Source of the DNA: Patescibacteria group bacterium
GTDB taxonomy: Bacteria > Patescibacteriota > Minisyncoccia > JAHIHE01 > JAGLIN01
Reading direction: 5' to 3'
Assembly: GCA_029210775.1 (NCBI GenBank)
Contig: JARGGI010000002.1
Location: 76,478-140,477 of the forward strand
Length of the DNA stretch: 64,000 bases
Under the pieces are notes generated by a model, which was given only the letters and a program-made list of their open reading frames with translations, was not told where the DNA came from and did not search any database. Both the position numbers and the translations under genes were made by a program. Position 1 is the stretch's first letter. The number at the start of each line of letters is the position of its first letter. Positions 9,415-21,221 of the stretch are shown in pieces.

Positions 9415-11379
9415 CTATTTCCAACATCTAAAAGTCGCAGTCGTGTGATTTGTTCTTAAATACCAATTTTGAAGATTAGCAGGATCCTGACCTAATCTAC
9501 AATTATATCCACCAACACCACCGCAAGGTCGCATTTCTTGAACAACTACATATGGTCCAGGCATTCCTATAGTATAACCCCTACCACAACAATTGCATCC
9601 ATCTTTTCCACAGCCAACAAGTTCACAACAAGCATATCCAGTTCTTGCGACACTTGTAGAATCACAAGCAGAAGAGGTTCCTCCAACTGGAGTTGGTGGC
9701 AAAGCAGTGCAAGCCTCCCAACCTGAACAACACTGATTACAGTTTTGTGTTCCAGCAACTGGAACCCCAGTACAATGCGCAGGCATTCCATCAAAAAATG
9801 TATCTTCACAATCTCTAATTCCAAAAGGAGCAGGAGCATTATAATCACAAACCTCCAATCCATTTACAATTCCGTCACCACAAAAAGTCGGGACTGTATT
9901 CAAATTACAATCAAATCTTGCCCAACTTCCATCTCCTAAAGGATCATTAAACCCAAAAAGAACCATGCCAGTATTAATAATAGTCCATGCAACAAAAACA
10001 ACAACAAATCCAAAGACAATTTTGTTCATATATTGTTTTGCAGATAGAAGCAAATTTGAATCTCCACCAGTTTTAACGTGAATAAATCCCGCAACAATAA
10101 TAGACAAAATTGTTATAAGAATAATCAATTCCATCAAAAAATTAATAACATTACTTGCTAAAACAACACTATGACAAATATTGCAAGACTCTGTCTCATT
10201 CCAAACAGTATCAAGATTATCAGTTATTCTTCCACAAGGAACCAATCCTCCTGAATTATCAAAAAGAGAAGTACAATCTAACGGATCGGGATTACATTTA
10301 CAATAAGAACAGCCTAATCCTCCACAAAAAGTAGCATCCGTTCCATCACATTGTTCATTACCATCATTTGCAGGACCACCCAGTCCAATATCATTTGGAA
10401 TTTGAGCAATATTATCACCACAATAAGTATTGCATGTGCAATCTGTATCACACCCATATCCCAAACATGCATTATTATCTATTCCATCACACTGTTCATT
10501 ACCGTCATTTGCAGGTCCGCCCGTTCCGGCATCATTAGGAGCTTGGATAACATCATCTCCACAAAAAGAAGGTGGAGCACACATCAATTCAATGTCGGGA
10601 TAATCCATATATTGGTTCCATTTTTGAGAAACAGACAAAAATCCGTTTGGATTATATAATTTTGTATTAGGTTCTGAAACTTCACAATCATCATATTCTG
10701 TGCAAGAAGCATCCACTTGAGTACATGTATTTCCAAAAATAGCTGCTGTCCAATTATAATAAGAAAGAATGGAAGGCAAGGGAGAAGGAGAAGAAGCACA
10801 AAGACAAGAATCTGAAACTCCCACAACACAAACATCACTAGAGGTTAATGGAAAAATATAAGAAGAGGTTCTTTGCCCATTCGTATCAGTTCTTATTTTG
10901 CATACACCAGATCCTCCACCAAGATCTATAGGTTCGAAATTTATTTCATAAGTTGTTCCCGCAACCAAAGACACAAAGCCATTTAGTACTAAAATATTAT
11001 TTCCAACAACACCACCTGCCCAATTATCAACTTCTAGGTCAATCGTATTTATAACCCAATTATTTGAACTAATATAAACATTAACTTTATTTCTTGAAGT
11101 AAAACAACTATTATCGCTTAGGTTGATATTAATTTTATTAATCAACATATCAGCTGCAGGAGTAAACTTAAAAAAAGATGTTACGGGATCTCCACTAGCA
11201 TCAAATCCAACTAGATCCAAGTTATTATCAGCTCCTCCATCTCCTTGTTGCATTAAATTATAATCAACACATTGAGCCGAAACATCATTAGTCGACAAAA
11301 CAAAAAAAGACACCAAAAAAACAAAAAGAAATGAAAATGAAATTCTTGTTATTTTTTTTGCAATATCTTTTGTGATCAT
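9415..11379 (-). CDS. Cys-rich secreted protein with an internal CPR pilin-like (VirB2/TrbC-type) two-TM domain and CGDG...E.CD repeats
   Basis: Signal peptide from MITKDIAKK (start moved from 11463 because that extension translates a decayed repeat); GGLVPCG...CH..L..VINFL...IIVAGF...AK...GFVVVFVAWTII; tandem 47-aa CGD..Q.PND.G.GGPANDGNEQCDG units. Confidence 0.7.
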   Translation of the reverse strand: MITKDIAKKITRISFSFLFVFLVSFFVLSTNDVSAQCVDYNLMQQGDGGADNNLDLVGFDASGDPVTSFFKFTPAADMLINKININLSDNSCFTSRNKVNVYISSNNWVINTIDLEVDNWAGGVVGNNILVLNGFVSLVAGTTYEINFEPIDLGGGSGVCKIRTDTNGQRTSSYIFPLTSSDVCVVGVSDSCLCASSPSPLPSILSYYNWTAAIFGNTCTQVDASCTEYDDCEVSEPNTKLYNPNGFLSVSQKWNQYMDYPDIELMCAPPSFCGDDVIQAPNDAGTGGPANDGNEQCDGIDNNACLGYGCDTDCTCNTYCGDNIAQIPNDIGLGGPANDGNEQCDGTDATFCGGLGCSYCKCNPDPLDCTSLFDNSGGLVPCGRITDNLDTVWNETESCNICHSVVLASNVINFLMELIILITILSIIVAGFIHVKTGGDSNLLLSAKQYMNKIVFGFVVVFVAWTIINTGMVLFGFNDPLGDGSWARFDCNLNTVPTFCGDGIVNGLEVCDYNAPAPFGIRDCEDTFFDGMPAHCTGVPVAGTQNCNQCCSGWEACTALPPTPVGGTSSACDSTSVARTGYACCELVGCGKDGCNCCGRGYTIGMPGPYVVVQEMRPCGGVGGYNCRLGQDPANLQNWYLRTNHTTATFRCWK

Positions 11380-11400
11380 TTTTGTATTATAAATTTTATA

Positions 11401-11460
11401 TGACAGTTTTGCGCGCATAGTTACGGGATTGCCACGGTCATGTCTCCCTCTTAATAACAG
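11401..11460. repeat. Decayed half of the palindromic element
   Basis: acgggattgccacggtcatgtctccctcttaataacag resembles the right arm at 30439-30478. Confidence 0.6.
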
Positions 11461-11555
11461 CAATATGTCATATTTTACTAAACTCTAAAACTTTTTGGCA
11501 CTTCTTTTTCTTTCGGCAACGAAACGAAAGCGAAAAAGCTCCAAATTTATTCAAT

Positions 11556-12176
11556 TTACCCAACAAACTCCTTTACTTTTTTTCGCAATTCCTTTTTTAT
11601 CTTATCCCAATCCGCACTTTCAAGCATCAATGGCATTGGATCTTGCTCTGCGTCCTGAAAATAAATCAAGCTTTTCAGAATATGCAATTGACTGTATTTT
11701 ATCTCTTTGTATTTTTTATCAAAAAAAGATAAAATCTCTTTCAAAGAATATTTTTTAAGCAGAAAATATAAATCTATAAAATCCTTCTTGCTTCCTCTGC
11801 TTGAAATTGCGTCTATCTTCATGCAAGCAATATCTTGGGCACTTGCTAATTTTAAATTCTTGCCGTATTTGATTAAAGGAAACAGCATTTTATATTTATA
11901 TCCCAAAAAGCTGATTTTAACTCCGTTTATGCTTGCGTTTAAAGTTCTTTTTTCTTCGGAGTAAACTTTCAATTTCCCTATTTGCGTTAAAATGGTTTTT
12001 AATTCTTTCGTGAAAAAATCATTTTTTGAGAATAAATCAAGATCAATTGATTTTCTATGTCCCAATTGCAACGCCAAAGCAGTCCCGCCGGCCAAATAGA
12101 AATCTTTAATTATTTCTATTTTGTCTAACGATTCCAAAACGCACTTTGTTTTTGTATTGATGACTTTTTCGTACAT
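11556..12176 (-). CDS. Nucleotidyltransferase, AbiEii/AbiGii toxin family
   Basis: FYLAGGTALALQLGHRKSIDLDLF; MKIDAISSRGSKKDFIDLYF. Confidence 0.88.
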   Translation of the reverse strand: MYEKVINTKTKCVLESLDKIEIIKDFYLAGGTALALQLGHRKSIDLDLFSKNDFFTKELKTILTQIGKLKVYSEEKRTLNASINGVKISFLGYKYKMLFPLIKYGKNLKLASAQDIACMKIDAISSRGSKKDFIDLYFLLKKYSLKEILSFFDKKYKEIKYSQLHILKSLIYFQDAEQDPMPLMLESADWDKIKKELRKKVKEFVG

Positions 12177-12415
12177 TTTTTATTAACTGACAAGTTAAAT
12201 ATAAGCTCCCAAAAATTAGCGTTTTTTTTATCGGGATAATTAATTTTCAAAGCCGCTTCTTTTATTTTTTCATACGGATAACGTTTCTTTAAAATATCAT
12301 AATCCTTCTTATCTCCAAACAACAAAACCCGCTTTATAATAAAATCAGCGTTCTCTTTATAGTCAAGATTTTCAAAATCAACATCCCAAAACAAATGTTT
12401 ATCTATTTTAGCCAT
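12125..12415 (-). CDS. Small partner of the AbiEii toxin (DUF6922-like putative antitoxin)
   Basis: LFWDVD...IIKRVLLFGD...FW signature; overlaps the toxin start. Confidence 0.75.
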   Translation of the reverse strand: MAKIDKHLFWDVDFENLDYKENADFIIKRVLLFGDKKDYDILKKRYPYEKIKEAALKINYPDKKNANFWELIFNLSVNKKCTKKSSIQKQSAFWNR

Positions 12416-12444
12416 ATTATAAATTATTTTATTTCAGACGCGTC

Positions 12445-13008
12445 CTAAAACTCCACTTTCAGAGTCTCTTTTTCTTTCGGCTCTTCAATCTCAAAAAATT
12501 CTCTTTTTTTAATATTTAAAATCCCAGCGACAATACTATCGGGAAAAACAAGAATCTTCGTGTTGAGATCGCGCACATTGCCATTGTAAAATCTTCTTGA
12601 CGCCTGAATTTTATTTTCCGTATCAGAAAGCTCTCTTTGCAGTTCAAGAAAATTCTCGTTGGCTTTTAACTGCGGATAATTCTCACTAACCGCGAACAAG
12701 CTTTTCAAAGCTCCAGAAAGCATATTTTCCGCTCCTGCTTTTGCCTCAGGATTTTGAGTATTCATTGCGTTTGCTCTTGCCTTTGTCACTTTTTCAAAAA
12801 GCTCTCTTTCATGAGTTGCATAACCTTTCACAGTATTGATGAGGTTTGGGATTAAGTCATATCTTCTTTTAAGCTGCACATCAATGTCGCTCCATGCTTC
12901 ATTTGTTCGAACTTGCAATCTAACAAGAGCGTTGTATATCATCACAAACCACAATACTACTGCCACAATGATGACCAAAAGCACGATTAAAATTAAATTT
13001 GTTTCCAT
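12445..13008 (-). CDS. lemA: LemA family protein
   Basis: N-terminal TM; AWSDIDVQLKRRYDLIPNL, ENYPQLKANENF. Confidence 0.93.
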   Translation of the reverse strand: METNLILIVLLVIIVAVVLWFVMIYNALVRLQVRTNEAWSDIDVQLKRRYDLIPNLINTVKGYATHERELFEKVTKARANAMNTQNPEAKAGAENMLSGALKSLFAVSENYPQLKANENFLELQRELSDTENKIQASRRFYNGNVRDLNTKILVFPDSIVAGILNIKKREFFEIEEPKEKETLKVEF

Positions 13009-13200
13009 ATGTTTTTCCTTTCTTTTTATTAATTAATTTTGATTATTCATAACTATTTAATAATATCCATTTTATAGAATAATATCATAAATTTATTATT
13101 TTATCAAAAAAAGTTATAAATATTAATCAAGGCCTTAAGAGACAGTTAGAATTATTAAGAGCCTCAGCAAGTTCTTTTTAATAGGACTTACAAATATAAT

Positions 13201-13234
13201 AAAAAAGACAGTCCTTATAAAAAGGACTGTCTTT
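13201..13234 (-). terminator. Intrinsic terminator after groEL
   Basis: aaagacagtcctt-ataaa-aaggactgtcttt perfect stem with a U-tract on the minus strand. Confidence 0.8.
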
Positions 13235-13257
13235 GGTTTAATGTTATAAATTAAAAA

Positions 13258-14943
<1,686 letters not shown>

Positions 14944-14952
14944 TTAATTAGA

Positions 14953-14983
14953 TTGTCATTCTAAAACGAGTTCGGAATGACAA
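14953..14983. repeat. Collapsed palindromic element between groES and groEL
   Basis: ttgtcattctaaaacgagttcggaatgacaa; related left arm tgttattctgaacttgattcagaatct at 25572. Confidence 0.6.
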
Positions 14984-15002
14984 TCTTATTTTTTGTTTAT
15001 TG

Positions 15003-15293
15003 TTATTCAACAACTGCCATTATATCTTCTTCAGAAACTACTAAATATTCTTTGTCATCAAGTTTAATCTCTGTTGGACTATATTTTGAAAATAATACAG
15101 TATCACCAACTTTTACATCAACCTTACTTCTACTTCCGTCTTTGTTGATTTTTCCTGAACCAACAGCAAGAACTTTTGCTTGCTCCGGTTTTTCTTTATC
15201 AACTGTATCAGGAATAATAATCCCGCTTTTGGTCACTTCTTCTTTTGAAGCAGCCTCTAAAATAATTTTATTTCCAAGAGGTCTTAGTTTCAT
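15003..15293 (-). CDS. groS: Co-chaperonin GroES
   Basis: LRPLGNKI, TKSGIIIPD, VKVGDTVLFSKY. Confidence 0.98.
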   Translation of the reverse strand: MKLRPLGNKIILEAASKEEVTKSGIIIPDTVDKEKPEQAKVLAVGSGKINKDGSRSKVDVKVGDTVLFSKYSPTEIKLDDKEYLVVSEEDIMAVVE

Positions 15294-15364
15294 AAACTTA
15301 CCCTTTCTTTTTACTTGCGCCTTATGAATTGCATAACAAGTAAATTATTAAATTTATTAATTTA

Positions 15365-15391
15365 TTAGCACTCTGACTTATTGAGTGCTAA
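15365..15391. promoter_or_regulatory. CIRCE operator (HrcA binding site)
   Basis: Perfect TTAGCACTC-N9-GAGTGCTAA upstream of groES. Confidence 0.97.
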
Positions 15392-15395
15392 TAAT

Positions 15396-15423
15396 ATTAT
15401 ATTCGTTTAATAAAAAGTGTCAA
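15396..15423 (-). promoter_or_regulatory. groESL sigma70 promoter
   Basis: TTGACA-N16-TATAAT just upstream of CIRCE. Confidence 0.85.
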
Positions 15424-15541
15424 GAGAAAACTTTTAATAAAATACAAATATTTTTTCATATTAATTTGAAATAAAAAAAGAGTGTAATAGAATTACTCTC
15501 TAAATTTGATAGAACATTTTTGACGATACTATTATTCCTGA

Positions 15542-16612
15542 TTATACATTTAATCCCGAATCTTTTTGACTGGCAAATTCAAAAATTCCCAATTCTTTCA
15601 TTTTTTGATTAAACTCTGGAATGATGTGACTTTCATGCGAATCAGGATGAAATTCAAGCTGTTCGTTACTAATCGTGATTCGTCCACCCTTTTTCATATT
15701 AAGAGGATCTTTTTTTATTCTGTTTGTTTGAATTTCTGACATTTTCTTTTCAAAATAATCCCCCATTTTTCCAGATAAAGTAAATTCAAAAATTTTAGCA
15801 ATTAAAGAAAGCACCTTGCTTCTCTTGATGCTTCTCAATCCTTCAATTTCTGAAAATTCATAATTTTCAAGATATTTTTTCATCCACTCGTTTGCTTTTT
15901 GAAATTCTAAAAATAATTTTCTATCTTTATCACTATTATAAATGCTCAAAATGTGATAATAGAGCTGTGCTGTATAAAGACTTTCAAATGGAATTCGGAG
16001 AGACTTATCAGTAATATAATGATTCAGACATATCATATCTTCGGTTTTATTTTTATGTCTTCTAACTCTCAAGAGAGACGTTAAGAGAGTAAAAAATGTT
16101 CGAACAGTCCATATTTTCCCCTTTTTTGCAACAATCATCAAATCTACATCCGAATCTTTTCTGGGATTTCCAAGGGAAAAAGACCCACTTCCCATAACCA
16201 ACTTTGCAAATGGCACGATTTGCATAATCCAAAATATCTTCTTCGATTTTTTCCATTTACTATCCCAAATTTTTTTTCGATTTAATCTCTGCTCAACAAT
16301 TTCATCTCGTCCTTTTAAAAAATAAAACCCAAAGTTCTGATCTAAATTATTTTTTAGATATTCGCTGATATTCAATAATTCAATAACTTCTGAGAAAGAT
16401 TCACTTGTATAAGGAAGTGATAATGACCGTAACAATTTCGTATTTAAATTCATATGCATATTATTTTGGTATTGCTTCGACGATTTCTCCTTACAATGAC
16501 AATCCTTAATCAAATAAAAAAAAATCTCAAAGCTAGTGAGAGGATAATTCAAAATATCATAATAAACAACGGTCGCGAGGATTTGTTTTTCTAAGATTGT
16601 TGAAGTTGACAT
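15542..16612 (-). CDS. Conserved hypothetical protein with a Pol-beta-type nucleotidyltransferase motif
   Basis: GSGS...DSDVDL motif; YYD..NYPLT..EI N-terminus; contains an in-frame repeat insertion. Confidence 0.7.
   Translation of the reverse strand: MSTSTILEKQILATVVYYDILNYPLTSFEIFFYLIKDCHCKEKSSKQYQNNMHMNLNTKLLRSLSLPYTSESFSEVIELLNISEYLKNNLDQNFGFYFLKGRDEIVEQRLNRKKIWDSKWKKSKKIFWIMQIVPFAKLVMGSGSFSLGNPRKDSDVDLMIVAKKGKIWTVRTFFTLLTSLLRVRRHKNKTEDMICLNHYITDKSLRIPFESLYTAQLYYHILSIYNSDKDRKLFLEFQKANEWMKKYLENYEFSEIEGLRSIKRSKVLSLIAKIFEFTLSGKMGDYFEKKMSEIQTNRIKKDPLNMKKGGRITISNEQLEFHPDSHESHIIPEFNQKMKELGIFEFASQKDSGLNV
16408..16502. repeat. Palindromic element inserted in frame within the CDS
   Basis: Minus strand ttgtcattgtaaggag..cgtcgaagcaataccaaaat...acgaaattgttacggtca..cttcc matches the intergenic copies. 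Confidence 0.75.
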
Positions 16613-16757
16613 ATTTTTGATTATTTGATAGGATAAGCCGTTAATTTTTTGTAAAAATTTACAAGACAGACTGCTTTAAAAAAAGCAATTTGCAAATTAA
16701 AAATTTGACTAATAAACAAATGGAAGAACAAGGTAAATGCTCTAAATAACATTTGAA

Positions 16758-17250
16758 GTGATAGCTGGAATAATATTTATTCTTTTGGGAATAATAGGAA
16801 TAATTGTTCTTTTAAATGTAGCAATAGCGAGGGTCATATTTTTCGAAAAACTTAAAGGAAAAGAGTTTTATTATAGTATGGTTTTTCTATTTGTCCTAAT
16901 TTCAATATTTGGGACATGTCTTGTGATTGCCGAATTAACAGGAGGATTGCTAGAAGAAATGAGTGCGTTTGATAGAAGCTATATGCCACCAGAGGATTCA
17001 CCATCGATAATTAAAAATAATCAATATTGAAAACAACCTTTGCTATATGGCCACAACACCATATAATGATGTTAATTTAGTAGATCAACATTATTATAGG
17101 ATCCCAATTGAAAAAATTGAGGATTTTAACAGTATGAAAATTGGAACCATTGTCATTAACGACAATGGCGTTCTAAAGCCATTTAAACTTAATTATAGAA
17201 TTAATCCCTGCCCCTTTCATTTTTTTAAGGGGTTTATTTTTTTATTCTAA
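16758..17250 (+). pseudogene. Small membrane ORFan split into two ORFs (16758-17030, 17047-17250), possibly one frameshifted gene
   Basis: Removing one A from the A5 run near 17013 joins the frames; hairpin cccctt/aagggg near the 3' end. Confidence 0.4.
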
Positions 17251-17271
17251 AATAATTCCCAAAACTAAATT

Positions 17272-17306
17272 CAGGATTTCCACGGACTAATCGCCCTCAC
17301 AATGAC
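17272..17306. repeat. Right-arm relic of the palindromic element
   Basis: caggatttccacggactaatcgccctcacaatgac. Confidence 0.5.
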
Positions 17307-17321
17307 AAAATATAACAAAAT

Positions 17322-20129
17322 CTAAATAACCTCTTTCAAATACTTCCCTGTCCAACTTTCTTTAACTTTTATAACTTGCTTAGGTGTGCCTTCGGCAACA
17401 ATTTGTCCACCCTTGTCCCCTCCTTCAGGACCAAGATCAATAATCCAATCAGCACATTTTACCACTTCAAGATTATGTTCAATAACAAGAACTGTATTTC
17501 CTCTGTCAACTAATTTATTCAAAACTCCAAGAAGTTTTCTTGTGTCTTCAAAGTGAAGTCCTACAGTTGGTTCATCAAGAATATACAAGGTCTTTCCTTC
17601 TTTTACTGGTCTCGCCAATTCTGTGGAAAGCTTGATTCTTTGAGCTTCTCCCCCAGAAAGAGTTGTAGCGCTTTGCCCCAATCTCATATAACCAAGTCCC
17701 ACATCATTCAGAACTGACAATTTGCTATATAAAACAGGGATATCTTTGAAAAAGCCTAAAGCTTGTTTTATAGACATATCCAAAACTTCTGAAATTTTAA
17801 TCCCTTTATATTCCACTTCCAAAGTTTCGCTGTTATATCTTTTACCCTGACACTGTTCACACTCAACATAAACATCAGGTAGGAAATACATTTCAATTTT
17901 TGTCACTCCGTCACCCTTACAATTTTCACATCTTCCACCCTTCACATTAAAACTGAAATGTCCTGCTTTGTATTTTCTACTTTTTGATTCATTTGTTGCA
18001 GCAAATAAATCTCTAATATGAGTGAAAATTCCAGTATATGTCGCGGGATTACTTCTCGGAGTTCTTCCTATCGGAGACTGATCAATACTTATTATTTTGC
18101 TTATTTTTCTGTCACCAATTATGGCTTCATATTTTCCTGGCTCACTTTGAGCTCTGTGAAGTTTTTTAAGTAAGGCTTTTGAAAGAATATCATTTATGAG
18201 TGTAGATTTTCCACTGCCTGAAACTCCTGTCACACATACAAATTTGCCAAGAGGAATTTTAACATCAATATTTTTCAAATTATTTTCGCTGGCACCTTTT
18301 ATGGTTATCTCATAACCATTTCCCTTTCTTTGTTTTTTTGGAATTTCAATTTTTCTTCTTCCAGAAAGATAGCAACCTGTAATGCATTCAACTTTCATAA
18401 TTTGGCTCAGAGTTCCTTGTGCAACAACCTCTCCACCAGATTCTCCTGACTTTGGACCAATATCAATAATCCAATCAGCGTTTCGAATGAAAAAATCATC
18501 ATGTTCAACTACTAAAACTGAATTACCAAGATCTCTGAGTTTTTTCATTGCATCAAGCAATTTATTATTATCTTTTCTGTGAAGACCTATTGACGGCTCA
18601 TCTAAAACATAAAGAATTCCGCGCAATTTTGAGCTTAGCTGAGTTGCAAGTTTTATCCTTCTTGCTTCTCCGGCTGAAAGAGTTTCAGAAGATCTTGAAA
18701 GAGAAAGATATTCAAGTCCAATATCTTCAAGAAGCTTGAGTCTTTTTATAATTTCTTCAATTATCTGTTTTGATTTTTCCTGATGAGACTTAAGCAGTTT
18801 TTGAAAAAATGCAATCTCTTCAGAAATGGTCATTTTGTTTATATCACTAATTGATTTTCCATTAATTTTTACAGCAAGAGCATCCTTATTAAGCCTGTCT
18901 CCAAAACAACTTGGGCAAAGCTTTTTTGTCATATATTTCTCCAGCTCATTTCTTATATATTCAGAATTTGTTTCATAATATTTTTGCTCAAGAATTTTGA
19001 CAGCTCCAAGAAAAACATCTCCTTTAAAATTCTCTGCTTTTTTAGGTCCATAATAAACTATTTCTAAATCTTTTTTACTCATTTTTTCAACTGGGATGTT
19101 TATGTTAACATTATATTTTTTATTAATATATTTCAAAACTGCAACATATTCATCCCATTTATTCAATAAATTAGCCCAAGGCCTAATTGCTCCCTCTAAA
19201 AGAGTTAAAGATTTATTAGGAATAATAAGATCAAAATCTATCTCAAGCTTAACACCAAGACCAGTACAATTATTGCAAGCGCCATAGGGACTATTAAATG
19301 AAAAAAGTTTAGGTTCTATGCCAGAAAAAGTGGTTTTACAATTTTTACAATAGAGATGATTTGAAAAGAAAAATTCTTTATTTTCATCTTCCTGCAAAGA
19401 AAAATAGTTTATCACAACAAAACCAGAAGAAAGATTTATAGCCGTTTCCACGGAATCTAAAATGCTTTCATAACTTACTTTGTTTTCAGAAAAAGAAAAC
19501 CTATCCACAACAATATCAATATCGTGAGGCTTGTCTTCTTGAATATCATCTTTTAACGCTTCTTTTATTAATTTTATTTCACCATCAATCCTAATTCTTT
19601 GATATCCAGATTTATCGTATTTTTTAATCAAAGAATAGCAATTAGTAATTTCTTTTTGCAAAACTGGGGCCATAATTATAACACGAGAATCCTTGGGAAA
19701 ATCATTTATAATATCCACTATTTTTCCAGAACTTTGTTTGCTCAACTCTCCGTCACATTTTGTACAATGTGCTTCTCCAACAGATGAAAAAAATATTCTC
19801 AAATAGTTATAAATTTCAGTCATTGTTCCAACAGTTGAACGAGGAGTTTTGGCAGCGCTCTTATCGTCAATCGAAATCGCTGGAGACAAACCTTCAATTT
19901 GATCTACGTCTGGTTTGCTCATAAAATTCATAAACTGCTTCGGATAGTTTGAAATGTTCTCTAAATATCTTCTCTGCCCTTCGGCATAAATTGTATCAAA
20001 AGCAAGCGATGATTTTCCAGAACCAGAAGGACCAGTTATAACCACTAATTTTTCTCTTGGTATGTCTATATTGACATTCTTCAAATTATGAACTCGAGCT
20101 CCTCTTATGATTATTTTTTCTTTTGTCAT
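17322..20129 (-). CDS. uvrA: Excinuclease ABC subunit A
   Basis: GARVHNLKN, two ABC domains, Zn fingers, [16 protein letters not shown]. Confidence 0.98.
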   Translation of the reverse strand: MTKEKIIIRGARVHNLKNVNIDIPREKLVVITGPSGSGKSSLAFDTIYAEGQRRYLENISNYPKQFMNFMSKPDVDQIEGLSPAISIDDKSAAKTPRSTVGTMTEIYNYLRIFFSSVGEAHCTKCDGELSKQSSGKIVDIINDFPKDSRVIIMAPVLQKEITNCYSLIKKYDKSGYQRIRIDGEIKLIKEALKDDIQEDKPHDIDIVVDRFSFSENKVSYESILDSVETAINLSSGFVVINYFSLQEDENKEFFFSNHLYCKNCKTTFSGIEPKLFSFNSPYGACNNCTGLGVKLEIDFDLIIPNKSLTLLEGAIRPWANLLNKWDEYVAVLKYINKKYNVNINIPVEKMSKKDLEIVYYGPKKAENFKGDVFLGAVKILEQKYYETNSEYIRNELEKYMTKKLCPSCFGDRLNKDALAVKINGKSISDINKMTISEEIAFFQKLLKSHQEKSKQIIEEIIKRLKLLEDIGLEYLSLSRSSETLSAGEARRIKLATQLSSKLRGILYVLDEPSIGLHRKDNNKLLDAMKKLRDLGNSVLVVEHDDFFIRNADWIIDIGPKSGESGGEVVAQGTLSQIMKVECITGCYLSGRRKIEIPKKQRKGNGYEITIKGASENNLKNIDVKIPLGKFVCVTGVSGSGKSTLINDILSKALLKKLHRAQSEPGKYEAIIGDRKISKIISIDQSPIGRTPRSNPATYTGIFTHIRDLFAATNESKSRKYKAGHFSFNVKGGRCENCKGDGVTKIEMYFLPDVYVECEQCQGKRYNSETLEVEYKGIKISEVLDMSIKQALGFFKDIPVLYSKLSVLNDVGLGYMRLGQSATTLSGGEAQRIKLSTELARPVKEGKTLYILDEPTVGLHFEDTRKLLGVLNKLVDRGNTVLVIEHNLEVVKCADWIIDLGPEGGDKGGQIVAEGTPKQVIKVKESWTGKYLKEVI

Positions 20130-20471
20130 ATTTTGTTTGATAAATAAACTGTCTAAAATTGTATCACAATTTCAGAATAAATCAAGGGGGAGCGGTATTA
20201 AGTATAAAATACTAATACATTTATTTAATTATAAAATTATGATAGAATGAGAATATCAGAAGCTATACACTTCTACTATTCCGACTGAAGCAGATGTAAA
20301 ATGAAAAAATCTATAAGCATAAAGTACTCATATATATAAATGTATTATAAGACGCGCTTTATCCACTAACAAATTTCTTAACTCCTGTCTTCATTCAAAA
20401 TGATAAATTCAAACACATAATTACTAAATATAAATAACTATAATCTTTTTAAACAAATTAAAAATAAAACC

Positions 20472-20825
20472 ATGATTAAAAAACTTATAATCCACATTCT
20501 AACAAATTCAATCGCAATTTATATAGCAGTTGAATTAGTTCCAGGCATTTCATTTTCTGAAAAAGACAATCTTGTCCCTTTCCTAACAGCTGGGTTTTTA
20601 TTAGGTTTAATAAACTTTTTTGTAAAACCTATACTGAAACTTATTTCAGCGCCAATAATATTTTTTACATTTGGTCTCTTTACAATTGCAATAAATATTG
20701 CTATGCTTCTTTTATTGGATTATTTCGTTCAAGAATTGATAATAGAAGGCTTATCGGCAGCATTTTGGGGTATGATTGTAATCAGCGCTGTTAACATCTT
20801 TATTGGAACCTTTTCGGAAAAATAA
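20472..20825 (+). CDS. 4-TM phage-holin-family (YvlD-like) membrane protein
   Basis: GLINFFVKPILKLIS.PI...TFGLF...IN. Confidence 0.8.
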   Translation: MIKKLIIHILTNSIAIYIAVELVPGISFSEKDNLVPFLTAGFLLGLINFFVKPILKLISAPIIFFTFGLFTIAINIAMLLLLDYFVQELIIEGLSAAFWGMIVISAVNIFIGTFSEK

Positions 20826-20860
20826 ACAATATAAAGCTAATTTTAAACAATAATACATAT

Positions 20861-21079
20861 ATGGATAAAATACTTGGCACAATTCAAATAGTTATATCAG
20901 TACTTCTTATTCTCTCAATTCTTCTTCAAAACAGAGGAGCAGGACTTAGTGAAACTTTTGGTGGTGGCGGAAATGTATATCAAACAAAAAGAGGATTTGA
21001 TAAATTTCTCTTTATTTCAACAGTAATCCTTGCTATATTGTTTTTAGGAACAGCCTTTTACAGTTTAATACAAAGTTAA
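20861..21079 (+). CDS. secG: Preprotein translocase subunit SecG
   Basis: ILLQNRGAGLSETFGG...TKRGFDK plus two TM segments. Confidence 0.9.
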   Translation: MDKILGTIQIVISVLLILSILLQNRGAGLSETFGGGGNVYQTKRGFDKFLFISTVILAILFLGTAFYSLIQS

Positions 21080-21221
21080 TCAAGACCAAAGAAAAAGTCC
21101 TTGTCTTGTGTTAAAACATAAAAATTAATAGAAAACTATAAAAGAAAAAAAAGGATTAGTAAAAAAAATAGGTAAAGTTTTTCGTGTATTAAGCAAAAAA
21201 GAGAAAGCTTTTGTTTATTTT

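Noticed and set aside
11380-11463. N-terminal extension MLLLRGRHDRGNPVTMRAKLS of the 682-aa ORF
   Set aside because: It translates a decayed palindromic repeat; the signal peptide begins at MITK.
11493-11545. Hairpin tttttctttcggcaacgaaacgaaagcgaaaaag
   Set aside because: Single copy in the window; cannot distinguish a terminator from a repeat relic.
13131-13162. Short inverted repeat gccttaa...ttaagagcc as a possible IS end
   Set aside because: Too short and single-copy.
20228-20400. Possible riboswitch or leader peptide (MRISEAIHFYYSD) in the uvrA divergent spacer
   Set aside because: No recognisable aptamer consensus, no RBS, weak structure. No convincing SOS box shared with recA either.
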